A stretch of 64,000 nucleotides of DNA from Octopus sinensis (taxonomy: Eukaryota): contig NC_043002.1 of NCBI RefSeq assembly GCF_006345805.1, positions 34,782,001 through 34,846,000 on the forward strand, written 5' to 3'. The notes under the pieces are model-generated. The model saw only the letters and a list, made by a program, of their open reading frames with translations, ran no database searches and was not told where the DNA came from. Shown here piece by piece: positions 25,071 to 38,002 of the stretch (its first letter is position 1; each line of letters opens with the position of its first letter). The position numbers and the translations under genes are program-made.

Positions 25071-27062
25071 TTCTTCTGGTATTCTTTTATTTTTTTACTT
25101 GTTTCACTCATTTGACAGAAGCCATGCTGGAGCACCACCCTTTAGTCAAAGAAATTGACCCCTGGACTTATTCCTTGTAAACCTAGTGCTTATTCTATCA
25201 GCCTCTTCTGTCAAACAGCTAAGTTACAGGGATGCAAACACACCAACATCGGTGGGGGGACAAATACAGACACAATCACATACATACATACATATATGTG
25301 ACAGGCTTCTTTCAGTTTCCGTCTACCAAATTCACTCACGAGTCTGATTGGCCTGAGGCTATAGTGGAAGACACTCTTTAAAGTATAGAGTTGAATTTCA
25401 TGTAGCCACCTGTTAACGACTTTTCTCCCTCCACCCCATTTTGAAGGGGGTATTACCCATTTTTGTGGGCTCTTTTCATAGCTATACCCTGTTCGAAATT
25501 TGCATTAGTTTTTGTATGAAAAAAGAAAGGAAGGAGTGGGGCTTGTTTGTAGAGAAAATGTTAAACATGCCTGAAAGAAAAACAGGGTCTTTCCCCACAA
25601 CTAAATTATGAAAGAAGCCGAATAAGTACTGAGGATAGGTGAAAGATGAAAGAAAGAACTAACACTTGATCATTCTAGAACTCCTAGAATATAAACGTAA
25701 ACACTTGAATGACTTTCCCTCTGTTCATTACTAAATGTCTTTCCTTCTTCATTGTTAAGAGTAAAGAAGCTAGGAGAGATCAATCGTATTTCAGTCTAAT
25801 TGCCATTGTAAATGACTGATACTTTCCTTTCTCTGTCTCTATCACATTCACTCCTTTTCTCTATGGTTAAGAGAGTAAACGTGCATGGCTCAGTGGTTAG
25901 GGGTATTCGGTCCATGATTGTGAAGTCATGAGTATGATTTCCTGCGATGCATTGTGTTCTTGAGCAAGATACTCTACTTCACCTTGCTGCAGTCCACTCA
26001 GTTGGCAAAAATGTGTTGTAACTGTAATTCAAAGGGGTCAGCCTTGTCACATTCTGTGTGAGGTTGAATCTCCCCGAGAACTACATTATGGTATGCATGT
26101 CTGTGGAGTACTCAGCCACTTGCATGTTAATTTTATGAGCAGACTGTTCCGGTGATCAGATAAACAGGAACCTTGTCATCGTAACCGACGGAGTACCATT
26201 TTTTAAAGTGGGTGAAAGAAAAGGAAATGTTCCATATCATAAGGCAAAAATGTCATATGTTTAGTATAAGCAGAGAAAGCCAAGACGAAATAATTGCTAT
26301 TCCATCATATATTTGCCCTTGACTCATGCTCAGTTTGATAACAACAGCCTGCACATCAGTGTGTATCTGGAGGCCAAGACCCCAGATTTGTGAGACCCAC
26401 AAAGGCTGCTGTTAGGACTGGATTAACACCTATAACGACCCTAATGACTAAAAAGATTTTCCTGCCCCTGTATAGGCTCTTTTCCCATTTTCTTCCAACC
26501 ACTTGAAGGTTTATCTTGCTCCAGTCCACTCAGCTGGCTAAAATGAGTTGTAGCTGTAATTCAAAGGAGCCAGCCATGTCATATTCTTTGTGAGGCTGAA
26601 TCTCCCTGAGAACTACATTAATGGTATGCATGTGTATGGAATACTCAGCCATTTGCGAATTAATTCTATCCTTGTGTGATAATGAAAAGTGAAAGTGACA
26701 TCCAATATTTGCTGTAGTTATTTGTCTTTGATTTAACAATGTGTCTATGTATCTATGTATCAACTTTTCTTTTGATCTATGTATCTACTGTCTCTCACTT
26801 TCTCTCTCACTTTATCTGTGTCCCTCCTCTCTCCCGCTTTTAATTTAACAATGTGTGTATGTATCTATGTATCATATTTTCTTTCAATCTATGTGTCTAC
26901 TTTTCTTGTGATGTTCACCTTTACACCTTTTCTTGTAGAATCTATGTACGTTTGCCTTAGGGTAGAGGGCACCATGCATTGTCATTGTTTTTTGGGTAGT
27001 GCAATCAAATTGGTTAATCTCCACTCGTGTCCATTTTATGATGGGTGCACTATATTTGACAC

Positions 27063-27103
<41 letters not shown>

Positions 27104-27104
<1 letters not shown>

Positions 27105-28907
27105 GGTAAGAGCTGTGCGAGCCATGTACAGAGATGCTGCTAGTAAGGTGAGGGTTGGCAACAAGTACAGTGAAGAATTCCGGGTAGAGGTTGGGGTCGA
27201 CTAAGGTTCAGTCCTCAGTCCCCTCCTATTTATCATAGTCCTCCAGGCAATAACGGAGGAATTCAAGACAGGATGCCCCTGGGAGCTCCTCTATGCTGAT
27301 GACCTTGCTCTAATTGCTGAGTCACTATCAGAACTGGAGGAGAAGTTTCAGGTGTGGAAGCAAGGATTAGAATCGAAGGGCCTTAGAATCAACCTAGCCA
27401 AAACCAAAGTCCTAATAAGTAGGAAGGTAGACCAATCACAAACACCTTCAGGTAGATGGCCCTGCTCGATCTGTAAAAAAGGTGTAGGTAGAAACTCTAT
27501 AAGGTGCACCAAGTGTAAGCTATGGACACATAAGAGGTGCAGCAATGTCAAAGGAAGGCTAACTAGGAAAATAGTTTTTGTCTGTGGCAGATGCTCAGGA
27601 GCAATAAACACTGAAAATGTGCAGAGACCAACTTCTACCATGTTCCAGGGAGAAAAACTAGAAGTAGTTGATAGCTTCCGCTACCTAGGTGACCAAGTCA
27701 GTAGCGGGGGTGGGTGTGCTGAAAGTGTAACTGCTAGAGTAAGAATAGCCTGGGCAAAGTTCAGAGAGTTCTTACCCCAGCTGGTGACAAAAGGCCTCTC
27801 GCTCAGAGTAAAAGGCAGACTGTATGATGCATGTGTACGAACAGCCATGTTACATGGTAGTGAAACATGGGCTGTGACTGCTGAGGATATGCGTAAGCTC
27901 ACAAGAAATGAAGCCAGTATGCTCCGATGGATGTGTAATGTCAGTGTTCATAATCGACAGAGTGTAAGTACCTTGAGAGAAAAGTTGGACCTAAGAAGCA
28001 TCAGTTGTGGTGTGCAAGAGAGACGTTTGCTCTGGTATGGTCATGTGACGAGAATGGATGAAGATAGTTGTGTGCAAAAGTGCCACACCCTAGCGGTTGA
28101 GGGAACCTGTGGAAGAGGTAGACCCAGGAAAACCTGGGACGAGGTGGTGAAGCACGACCTTCGAACTTTAGGTCTCACCAAGGAAATCACTAGAGACCGA
28201 GACCTATGGAAGTATGCTGTGCCTGAGAAGACCCGGCAAGACTAGTGAGACCATAACCCGTGGCCTCTACCTGGTATGTAGGCAGTCGACTTATACATAC
28301 CTTTCCTTCTTGGGACACAAAACTCCACTTGTGAAGACCCGTTGAGGCAAGTGAAAATCAAAATCAAAATCAAAATCAAACCAAATCAAATCAGATATCA
28401 GAAAGCAGAACCAAAATCGAAGTCGATCAACATCAATGGAAATTGCGGCTGTGATACCAGTGCCGGTGACAAGTAAGCAAACCATCCGATTGTGGCCGTT
28501 GCCAGCGCCGCCCCGACTGGCCTCCATGCCGATGACACGTAAAAAGCACCATCCGTTCATGTCCGTTGCCAGCCTCGCCTGGCCCCCGTGCCGGTGGTAC
28601 GTAAAAGCACCATCCATTTGTGGCCGTTTGCCAGCTCCGTCTGGCACCTGTGCAGGTGGCACGTAAAAAGCACCATCCGTCCATGGCCGTTTGCCAGCTC
28701 CGTCTGGCACCTGTGCGGGTGGCACGTAAAAAGCACCCACTACACTCACGGAGTGGTTGGCGTTAGGAAGGGCATCCAGCCGTAGAAACACTGCCAGATC
28801 AGACTGGACCTGATGCAACCTTCTGGCTTCACAGACCCCAGTTGAACCGTCCAACCCATGCTAGCATGGAAAGCGGATGCTAAATAATGATGATGATGAT
28901 GATGATG
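27104..28907 (+). mobile_element. RTE-clade LINE, 5'-truncated: RT core to C-terminus plus repeat-containing 3' UTR and (GAT)n tail
   Basis: GVD*GSVLSPLLF (premature stop 27202-27204), LLYADD (27292-27303), NLAKTK, FRYLGD, RLYDACVRTAMLHGSETW, RRLLWYGHV, GRGRPRKTW. Long remaining ORF 27352-28245. Tail ...AACCCATGCTAGCATGGAAAGCGGATGCTAAATAATGATGATG. Confidence 0.92.
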
Positions 28908-29165
28908 AAGGTGATGAGCTGACAGAATCATTAGAGGTATTTTGTCCATCTTTACATTCTCAAATTCTGTCATGGTCAGCTTTGCCTTTCATCCTTTTGG
29001 GGTTGATAAATTAAGTACCAGTCGAGTACTGGGGTTGACATAATCAACTTAACCTCTTCCCAAAATTTCAGACTTTGTGCTTATAGCAGAAAGGATTGTT
29101 ATTATTACTGCAGCAAACTGGTAGAATTGTTAGCATGCTGGGCAAAATGCTTTATTGTATTATTA

Positions 29166-29228
<63 letters not shown>

Positions 29229-30100
29229 CGTAGTAGTTGTTGTTGTAGTAGTAGCAGCAGCAGCAGTGATTGAAAGACAGATTGTGTAGAATATGTGCTT
29301 TGTTGTTAGTGATACCGTTGACTTGCCTCAAGTTTGCTATCTCTGACAAAGGTAGCTTTGATCAGAGGTGTTCCAGCTCTGATCTTCATAGGCCACCCGT
29401 GACCTTTACATGCCATTTACAACCCAACATACCATCTAAACGTCATTATATACCATCCAACACCAATATTCAGAATCACACACACACACACACATCTTAG
29501 AGGAAGTATATCAGGCATAATTCCAGTGACTGCAACAGTGAGTACTTCTGATTTAGATAAAACAAGCCATCTCTTATGATGCCTCACTTTAGCACTAAGC
29601 AGTAAACAACTCTACAAACTAGACTTTAATTTTATCACTGAAGCAAAGTTTTAGAGAGAAAGAGAGAGAGGGGGGAGAGAGAGGTTGGGGATATACTTTT
29701 GACTGTTACAGGTGTGGTGTCTGTGTGTGTTGCTTACAACATCATCAGGTTAGGGAGTAGATAGATTATCTAACAGCAATGTAAAGTGAAACCAACAAAC
29801 ATCATAATGCCAAATGTTCATCGGTGGGAGCTGTACATACTTACTACCACCACCACCACCACCACCCATCACTACCACCACCACCATTGCTGCCATCACC
29901 ACAGCTACGACCACTATTACTATCCACCATTACCACCACCATTACCACTATTCCAATGGTTCTTGAACTGACAAATACTACTACCTCACTTGCAAAAAGT
30001 GAAATTTCGTGAGTCTACACCTTCTTTTTTATCAACGAGAAAAGAAAAACAAACAAAAAGAAGAAATAATTGAAATATATCTAAGTCAAGAATTAAATAT

Positions 30101-30495
30101 ACAGGTGTGGCTGTGTGGTAAGTAGCTTGCTTACCAACCATATGGTTCCAGGTTCAGTCCCACTACGTGGCACTTTGGGCAAGTGTCTTCTACTATAGCC
30201 TCAGGCCAACCAAAGCCTTGTGAATGGATTTGGTAGAAGGAAACTGTATATATATGTATATATATATGTGTGTGTGTGTATGTTTGTGTGTCTGTTCCCC
30301 CTCCCCCACACACACATCGCTTAACAACCGATGCTGGTGTGTTTACGTCCCTGTAACTTAGTGATAAGAGACCGATAAAATAAGTACTAGGCTTACAAAG
30401 AATAAGTCCTGGGGCCGATTTGCACGACTAAAGGCAGTGCTCCAGCATAGCACAGTCAAATGACTGAAACAAGTAAAAGAGTAAAAGAGAGTAAA
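30101..30495 (+). mobile_element. SINE family A copy
   Basis: Colinear with 13411-13825, with A/B-box-like head and internal (TA)(TG) tract. Confidence 0.9.
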
Positions 30496-31449
30496 GAGAT
30501 CTTCAAATTTGTCTGAAAAGAGATTCTCTCCCCTTTGATGATTTTTTTTCCTGCAAGGGACCATCCAAAATAGAGTTTGCTTCCGTATAATTCTTCTCTC
30601 TTCATCATGATGTTGGACAAGTTTAAAAAGCATAAAACCATTTTAATTTTATCTGTTTTATGCACAAAACAGCAAATCTGGTGAACATAAATTATCATCA
30701 TCATTGTCGTTATCAACAGTTTATCAGTCACTTTTCCATGTTCACACGGGTTAGTCAGAATTTCTATGGCTGGATGCCCTTCCTGTCACCAACCCTCACC
30801 AGTTTCCAGGTAAGGTAATATTTCCTATAACCAGACACCATACGATGTCAAGACAAAGAGACCACAGTAAAACACATATGTACACACACACATACAGATC
30901 CCGCCATATGCACACAAATGTGATGGGCTTCTTTCAGTTTCTGCCTATTAAATCCACTCACAAGGCATTGGTTGATCTGAGGCTATAGTAGGAGACACTT
31001 ACCAAAAAGTGTCCTGCAGTTGGACTGAACCTGAAGTCATGTGGTTGGGAAACAAGCTACTTACAACACATCCTCACTAAATTCAGATATTACAGAGCCT
31101 TACTGAGGATGAAAAAAGAATGAAAATATAGTCTTTCTGTGACAGTTATGTGCAAAAAAAAAAAAAATCAAAACAAAACAATAGGAAGAGAGTCTCCTGA
31201 TTGATCAGTTCAGAAGTTCTTGACTTGCTCCTCAGAGCGTATTCAACTTCTTCCCCAGTCAACAGTATAGAGCATTCAGCTAACATATTAAACAAGAAGA
31301 AATTCAGGTATGCCTTCTCTGAGGAGTGATCACCAAACTGTGAGATGATCTGTCAGTTTCAACTCCAACAACAGCCATCCCGTCATATGTCACACTAATG
31401 ACCTAACATTCACTCCAACATTTTTCTAGAATAAACTGCCAAAAACTGC

Positions 31450-31654
31450 TTAACCCTTTCGTTATCAACCTGGCCGAAACCAGTTCTGGCTCTGAGTACA
31501 AATGTCTTGTTTTCATAAATTTTCCACCAAACCTTAGTCACAACTTAGGTTCCTGAATGATAACTAAGTTATTTTACTAAATTCTTTGTTAAATTTAAAT
31601 TAATTGGAAGAAACACAGAGCATCTCAAAATAAATACATTAATGAAAGGGTTAA
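31450..31654. mobile_element. piggyBac-like MITE (same family as 56-283, opposite orientation)
   Basis: TTAACCCTTTCGTTA...TAATGAAAGGGTTAA. The internal sequence matches 56-283. Confidence 0.85.
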
Positions 31655-32207
31655 AGAAAATGGGCATATAGAACACAGTAAATATATGCATATGTTGTTG
31701 TCATCATCGTCGTCGCTGTCATTGTTGTCATCATCATCATCATCATCGTTTTAATGCCTACTTTTTCATGCTTGGATGGGTCAGACAAAATTCATTAAGG
31801 TAGATTTTTGTCTGACTGGATGTTTATCCTGTCAGTAACTCTCACCAGTTTCCCAGCAAAGTAATATGCGTGTTTCTCCCAGACTTTCAAATCAAAACAG
31901 AGCACTGGCCACATATGTCTTTTCAGAAGATTGCAAATATACTTATATGATACTGCTTGAATGATGATGATGTTTGTTTACAATTAACATGCAATATCAA
32001 GACTAGAACATACACACATGCACATGTGCATACATATGCATGTGCTTGCACAAACACCATTGTTATATTCATTGTATTTATCTGTATTAGTTTTCCTTTA
32101 TGTAGTAGAAATGGTTTCATGTAGCAATTTATCTTATAAATCATAATTAACTTTATACAAGATATTAGTCTTATTAGAAAATATGAATCTGTTTTTAGAA
32201 CTTCTAA

Positions 32208-32381
32208 AATTTCTAATATCAGATTTTAGTTTAGCATGAAAATGGTTACAGTCCTTTCATAAATATCCACCCAAGATAAAAGATTTAGCTCCTTTTGAGG
32301 CAAACCTTGGTTTAGTAACTAATGTAAGATTTTGTAAGTACTATAACCATTTTCAAGCTAAACTATCTGATATTAGAAATT
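32208..32381. repeat. Inverted repeat, about 38-41-bp arms
   Basis: AATTTCTAATATCAGA..TAGTTTAGC.TGAAAATGGTTA (32208-32248) vs reverse complement at 32344-32381. Confidence 0.85.
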
Positions 32382-33798
32382 AGATATTAGAAATCTCTCT
32401 TTTGAAAACCATTTCTGCTACACCATCCTTCCATATAAAATGTGAGGTAGTTATGAATCTATTCCATAGCTATAAACCTGTTCACACTCCTTGCCATCAT
32501 ACTTTAGCCTCACAACACCACACATAAGCTACTATCTGTCTATGCTTCATCTCCACAGAGGGAACTCTTTCATCTTGCAAATTACAAAGCAATCTTTGCT
32601 ATTGCTAATGGATTAGAAAAGAATTTAGTACACTCTGGAAAATAGTTGGCATTAAGGAGGTTAATCAGCCATAAAAACTATGTCAAAACTGAGACATTAA
32701 AACAAGATGTCGTCCTCCAGTTTGCTGGATCCTGTCAAAATGTCCAACCCTTGTCAACATGGAAAGTAGGTAAGAAAATGAAGATGACAATAACAACAAC
32801 AAACATGATGACAACTGACCAAAGGTTTACAGACAAGAATCAAATTTTCATGTTTGTATTTCTCTGAGTAGTGAGAAAATTTAAATGGGTTTTGGGCTCA
32901 GTTGCTTTCCCCCTTCAGAGCCTCATACATGTCTCTACTATTAGCTAGAACAAAAATATAATAGAACATTGTTACCATCACTTAAAGTAATCATGGTTTT
33001 CTTTGAGAAAATCATATCATAATAGTTCCAACAGGATTTAGGTTAATCTCAAAATTACATAAGGCAGATTAATTCTTTTATAATTCAGTAAAATTTCTGC
33101 CAGAAATTCTACATTTTAACTGAAAGAAAAACAGTATTTCTAAGCAAACCTTAACAGATTTTGGCACGGTTTATTTAATTATTTAAAAAAGAAAATTATT
33201 TTTTAATTCTTCTCTTTTGTTGTTAATTATTTATTTAAATACAAAAGCAGAAAGAGAAACAATTCTATTATCCATGTTTGCAACATGGTTATTTATTTTT
33301 CTTTTCTAAAGTTGTTTTTTTACTTATACACTTCAAAGATATTTTCCTGTCTGTAAACAGGTAAATAATTTGCTCTCACCTTGAGACTGAACGAGTTTTA
33401 AACTTACTGATTGTTTTTGTTTATATAAGAGCGGGTATTTAGCGTAATGTTCTTGACAATCGCTTAGAAAGAACAATTTAATTATTAAAAGTTACCTAAG
33501 TAAATAATTAACAGTGCATGATAAATTGTCGGACCACCAAAGCTCAACAATATCAAACTATACTGCTTCTTTGATAAGAAATTATTTTTAGGTATTCACC
33601 TGGTTACTAATTAAAAATTGTTAGGATCGAGCCCATGAGGTACAGTTTTTTTAATTTATAGATCATTTCATACCTTTGTAAACAGGTTATGTATGTTTAA
33701 TTTTACATAAAGGGAGTCTTTGACTCAAAATAATTAAAACTTTCATGTTTTGTTTTCTTTAACACTGTTTTAATCCATTTGATCTCTGTAACTTTTAG

Positions 33799-33932
33799 GT
33801 TTTGCAACTCCAATCTTCTTGAAGGTGAGAACTCACTGAAGTATGATGTGGATGCAGCTCAGCTGCAGACCTGTCTTTATGAAAACTGTTCTTGCTGTTC
33901 TTGTTGTGAGGAAGGAGGGAGAAAGATTCAAG
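33799..33932 (+). CDS. Candidate exon (FCNSNLLEGENSLKYDVDAAQLQTCLYENCSCCSCCEEGGRKIQ)
   Basis: Long T-rich tract ending ttttag, 134 nt open frame, donor AAG|GTGAAT (alternative donor GAAG|GTGAGA after 26 nt). Not recognised. Confidence 0.25.
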
Positions 33933-34839
33933 GTGAATGAGAAAGTTGTTTAATAGCTGTCTCTACTACCTTTGAGATTATCTATGTGCTATGTATATGT
34001 GTGTGAATATACAGTAAATATGGTGTCTTTTGCTGAATTTGGACTCAGAACTTTTGATTTTAATGCAGTGTTTCAACATTCTTAGCCATTTCATCACCAT
34101 CCAATATGAGGAAGGGTTGCACCAGTACAAGGCTAATACTCATTTACAGCTGAGAAGGTTGGAGCAATGTGAAATAATGTGCTTTACCCAAAGACACAAC
34201 CTGATACTTGGTTCAGAAAGTGAACCCACAACCTTATGACTGTAAGTCAAACACTCCAAACGACCAGGCCATGCACCTTCACACACAGACACATAGAGAC
34301 ACACATGTATAATGTGTTGAACTGGCCAAGTTGTTAGAGCATTGAATAGACTGTCTCATGGCAATATACTGAGCTTCTGCATTCTGAGTTGAAATATTGG
34401 TGAAGCCAACTTTGCTTTGCATCTTTTCAGGGCCAGTAAATAAAGCACTATTCTTTTACCAGGAAGTGGGGGGAAGGGGGGGTCAATTATTTTTTTTCTC
34501 TCAGTCTTTCTTTCTGTCTGTCTCTCTTTCTTTCTCTGTCATGTCTGAAAATACCCAAGATACACCATATGTTATGACTCTATCTCATGACACTTTCTGA
34601 CTCCATCGGGAGTTGAGGGCCGAAGCAAGGCATATTTTAACATCCACTTGCCTATACTTGAATGAGTTAGGCAAAATTTGTAGAGCTAAGTTTTCTTCCT
34701 GTAGCCAACCCTAACATGTTTCCAAAGGCCAGGCATATTTTTATGGAAGATTGTAGTTGAACAACACCCCTTGTATGATGGTGACATTTGCTGACAATTA
34801 GTACATGGTCTCAAGACTGGGAGACATACACATATCATG

Positions 34840-34878
<39 letters not shown>

Positions 34879-35468
34879 ATGTATATTTGTATGTGTCTAT
34901 AAGAAAAATTATGCAATATCTATGTATAGTATAATATAAATGACAAAACTACCATAAACCAAGAAACCAAGAACTCTCATACAAGTTCCATCCTATAAGA
35001 ACTAGAACTTCAATGAAGAACAACTTAGAAACACAAGAACACAAAATACAAAAGATTCATAGCCAGTAAGTACATCAAATGTATACATCCATCATCAGCT
35101 GTCTAATAGATTTCATTATAGTTTTGACCCCTGGGCAGTATTATTCAATCTAGTAATATCAACAGCATCAAAATCATAAACACTGTTTGGGAATCAACAG
35201 AAAATAAACAGGAGTGGAATATTAAAGCAATATATTCATTTTGTCTACGCCTGCTTAATATTACAAATACAAATGTCAAATCTCAAACATAAATCATCTT
35301 ATACTTATAGCTACAAAGCACAGGCATTTAAAAAATACTACATAGAAAAACAGAGAAATATCTACAAAATGGACAATGCCACCACAAGAATTATAGAACT
35401 TAATATGAACTAACACACTGAATGTATTAAACAAAAATTATTGTACACATACAAAAATATGAATATAC

Positions 35469-35519
<51 letters not shown>

Positions 35520-35659
35520 AATATTATCAATACTACATACTTAAGGTACATGTGTTGTTTAAACACCAGGTGTGGCATTTTAAATAGGAAAATCCCTATT
35601 AAAGATGTATAGTATTAAAAAAAAGCACAATATACTTCAGAGATAGGTATGTATTTTAC

Positions 35660-35717
35660 CTCTTTCTTAACATTATCTGTCTTTAAAGGGATTTTCTTGG
35701 GTGAAAAACTGCAGCTT
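35660..35717 (-). CDS. Candidate internal exon (SCSFSPKKIPLKTDNVKKE)
   Basis: Acceptor tatgttgtttaaatgttag, donor GAG|GTAAAAT. Only the phase-2 frame is open, which matches the 45843 candidate exon. Confidence 0.3.
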
Positions 35718-35852
35718 CTAACATTTAAACAACATATGTATGCAAAATATGTTGCATAGATAAGGTTTACATTGTAGAGCTGCTTTTATTGTTTAACTTG
35801 AATTTATAAATACACACACACATGTGTATGTTCACACACACACACACACACA

Positions 35853-36070
35853 CAAGGGGGCGCTGAAAAGTTCTTGGCTTTGGATAAAAGAAAATACAGG
35901 AGGCTCAGTTAGTTATGATTTTTATCCAACATATTCCCCTCTCAGATTCACACTCTTATTGCAAAGGTCCTTCAGTTTTTTTAAGCCTTGTAAAAAGACT
36001 CAGAAGGTTGGGCCTCCGACTAGGCCTTTCACGATGCCCTTAAAGCCAGGAACTTTTCAGTAACCCTTTG
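35853..36070. mobile_element. Mariner-type MITE
   Basis: TIRs ..GCTGAAAAGTTCTTGGCTTT / AAAGCCAGGAACTTTTCAGT.., ends in TA. Confidence 0.8.
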
Positions 36071-36394
36071 TATATGTATGTCAATATATATATGTATATA
36101 CATATAAATATGTAAACATGTAAGTATGTGTGTGTGTGTGTGTGGTGTGCACATGCATGTCTTTATGTGTGTATGTATTTATGTATGTATTTGTATTAAT
36201 AAGTTTGTATGTATCATCATCTCATAATTCTAGCAGACATAAAATGATCATACACACACACAAACATGTGCACGCACACATACACACATGCATACATCCA
36301 TACAGATGTACATATGTGCTAACATATATCCATATATACAAGTAAATATCTGTATGTATGAATGTGTGAGCGCATATATATATATGTGTGTGTG

Positions 36395-36475
<81 letters not shown>

Positions 36476-36492
36476 CATACATACATACATAT

Positions 36493-36531
<39 letters not shown>

Positions 36532-36590
36532 GAACACACACACACACATGTGGCACATATATAAATGTGTAAATTTACATGCATGCATAA
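36070..36590. repeat. Compound (TA)/(CA)/(TACA) microsatellite field
   Basis: Direct inspection. Similar fields at about 8200-8341, 11955-12060, 13273-13400, 17285-17450, 35470-35520, 61675-61750 and 63835-63940. Confidence 0.95.
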
Positions 36591-36724
36591 TGATAGTACT
36601 GATGGTACAGCCAGTAACAGAGTATTGCTGTTTAGATAAAAGTATTTTTTACAAGAAAAACAAATAATGATTATGAAGAAAGCAAATAAAACATAAAATT
36701 AATAACTTAACTTCAGTGACATTG

Positions 36725-37189
36725 TGTGGTGATAAGGGACAATTATGCCAGGGCCAAAACACAATAAGGGTGCAACTGATTTTTAGAATCCTGAGTTCGG
36801 AATGCAATCAAGTGAATTGTTTACCAGAAAGTTTCAGTGTCGTGTCGAGAGATAACTGTCCTCAGGTGCACCATTGACACAAAGTAATTGTAACCATTTT
36901 TAGTTGGTGGCCATGATACAAGTGAAATTACAGACTGGAAACTATTTCACTAAGGTCAGTAGTTCTTTACAAGTGAGAGTTAGTCACCTAATGACTTAGG
37001 TCAGTGTAATCGTCTGAATTGTCTAACACTGTGATTGTCTCTCGCCTGGACATACTTCAGAGAATATTGTTCAAACTTAGTTCAACTAGCTACTGTTATA
37101 TTTGGTGTATATGATGTAATATGTTTGTAAATAGTAAAAGAATAAAACAATTAATGGTGTGTAATTGAGAAACTAATTCTGATATTACA
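36725..37189 (+). mobile_element. Probable solo LTR, 465 bp
   Basis: TGT...ACA termini, 4-bp direct repeat ATTG at 36721-36724 and 37190-37193, AATAAA at 37141 near the right end. Confidence 0.6.
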
Positions 37190-37239
37190 ATTGATGAAAG
37201 GTGTTTATTCTTAAAATCATACAAAGTCATCATCATCAT

Positions 37240-37640
37240 CATCATCTATAATTATTTCCCATTTGCCTTCATCCTTTACTTTCTTTTCTCTGATCTCACC
37301 ACTTTTCCCTATTCTTCTTCTTCTTCCCTGCCTTTAACCCTCCAACGTGGAGTATAGGTTACTTATAGTTGATTCCATGTCACATAATTTTTCGCTTCTG
37401 TACTTATACTCTGCACTCTGCCATGAATGTCCCCCTTTCTCTAGTTCCTTTTGTGTTGATCTACACCACAAGTTCTTAGGCCTACCTTTCTTTCTATATC
37501 CATCCGGATTCTACTGTAAAGCACTTTTTGCTACATTTGGTATGTCTTTTCTAATTGTGCTACCAATCCACTTCTACTTTTTCTTAAATATTTGCTCCCT
37601 AATCAAAACTTGATTTGTTCTTCGCCATAGCTCCATATTG
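37240..37640 (-). mobile_element. RTE LINE 3' end of a second subfamily
   Basis: Reverse translation ELWRRTNQ...KWIG.TIRK...NP.G.RKKGRPKN.W is typical of an RTE C-terminus. Confidence 0.65.
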
Positions 37641-37706
37641 CTTATGTGTTTTTATTCAAAGTTTTTTATTCACTATATTCCCTATATCTACCATTAATAT
37701 GTTTGC

Positions 37707-38002
37707 TCCTTCTCGAGCCATGTCTGGCTCATAAGGACCGGTTTCCTGGTTTCCTTGGCGTATAGGTTCCCCACCTGGATGGGACACCGGTACGTCACAG
37801 GTGAGCTGCAAGATGCAGGAGGAAAGAATGAGAGAAAGTTGTGGCTAAAGAGTCAGCAGAAGTTCGCCATTACCTTCTGCCGGAGCCGCGTGGAGCTTAG
37901 GTGTTTCACTCATAAACACACACATCGCCTGGTCTGAGATTTGAACCCGTGATCCCTCAACCGCAGGTCCGCTGCTCTAACCACTAGTCCATGTGCCTCC
38001 AC
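37707..38002 (-). mobile_element. tRNA-derived SINE family D, apparently full length
   Basis: A box TAGTGGTTAG and B box GGTTCAAATC in the head, about 295 bp with no ORF. Confidence 0.7.

Noticed and set aside
36222-36667. Several IY/YI/HT-repeat ORFs (also at 17.2-17.6, 20.3-20.6 and 11.9-12.2 kb)
   Set aside because: Translations of (TA)n/(CA)n tracts, which lack stops by construction.
37920-38002. tRNA-like sequences with A and B boxes (also heads at 3385, 25885, 30101)
   Set aside because: They continue into SINE bodies and I could not form a proper cloverleaf or acceptor stem, so they are called SINE heads rather than tRNA genes.
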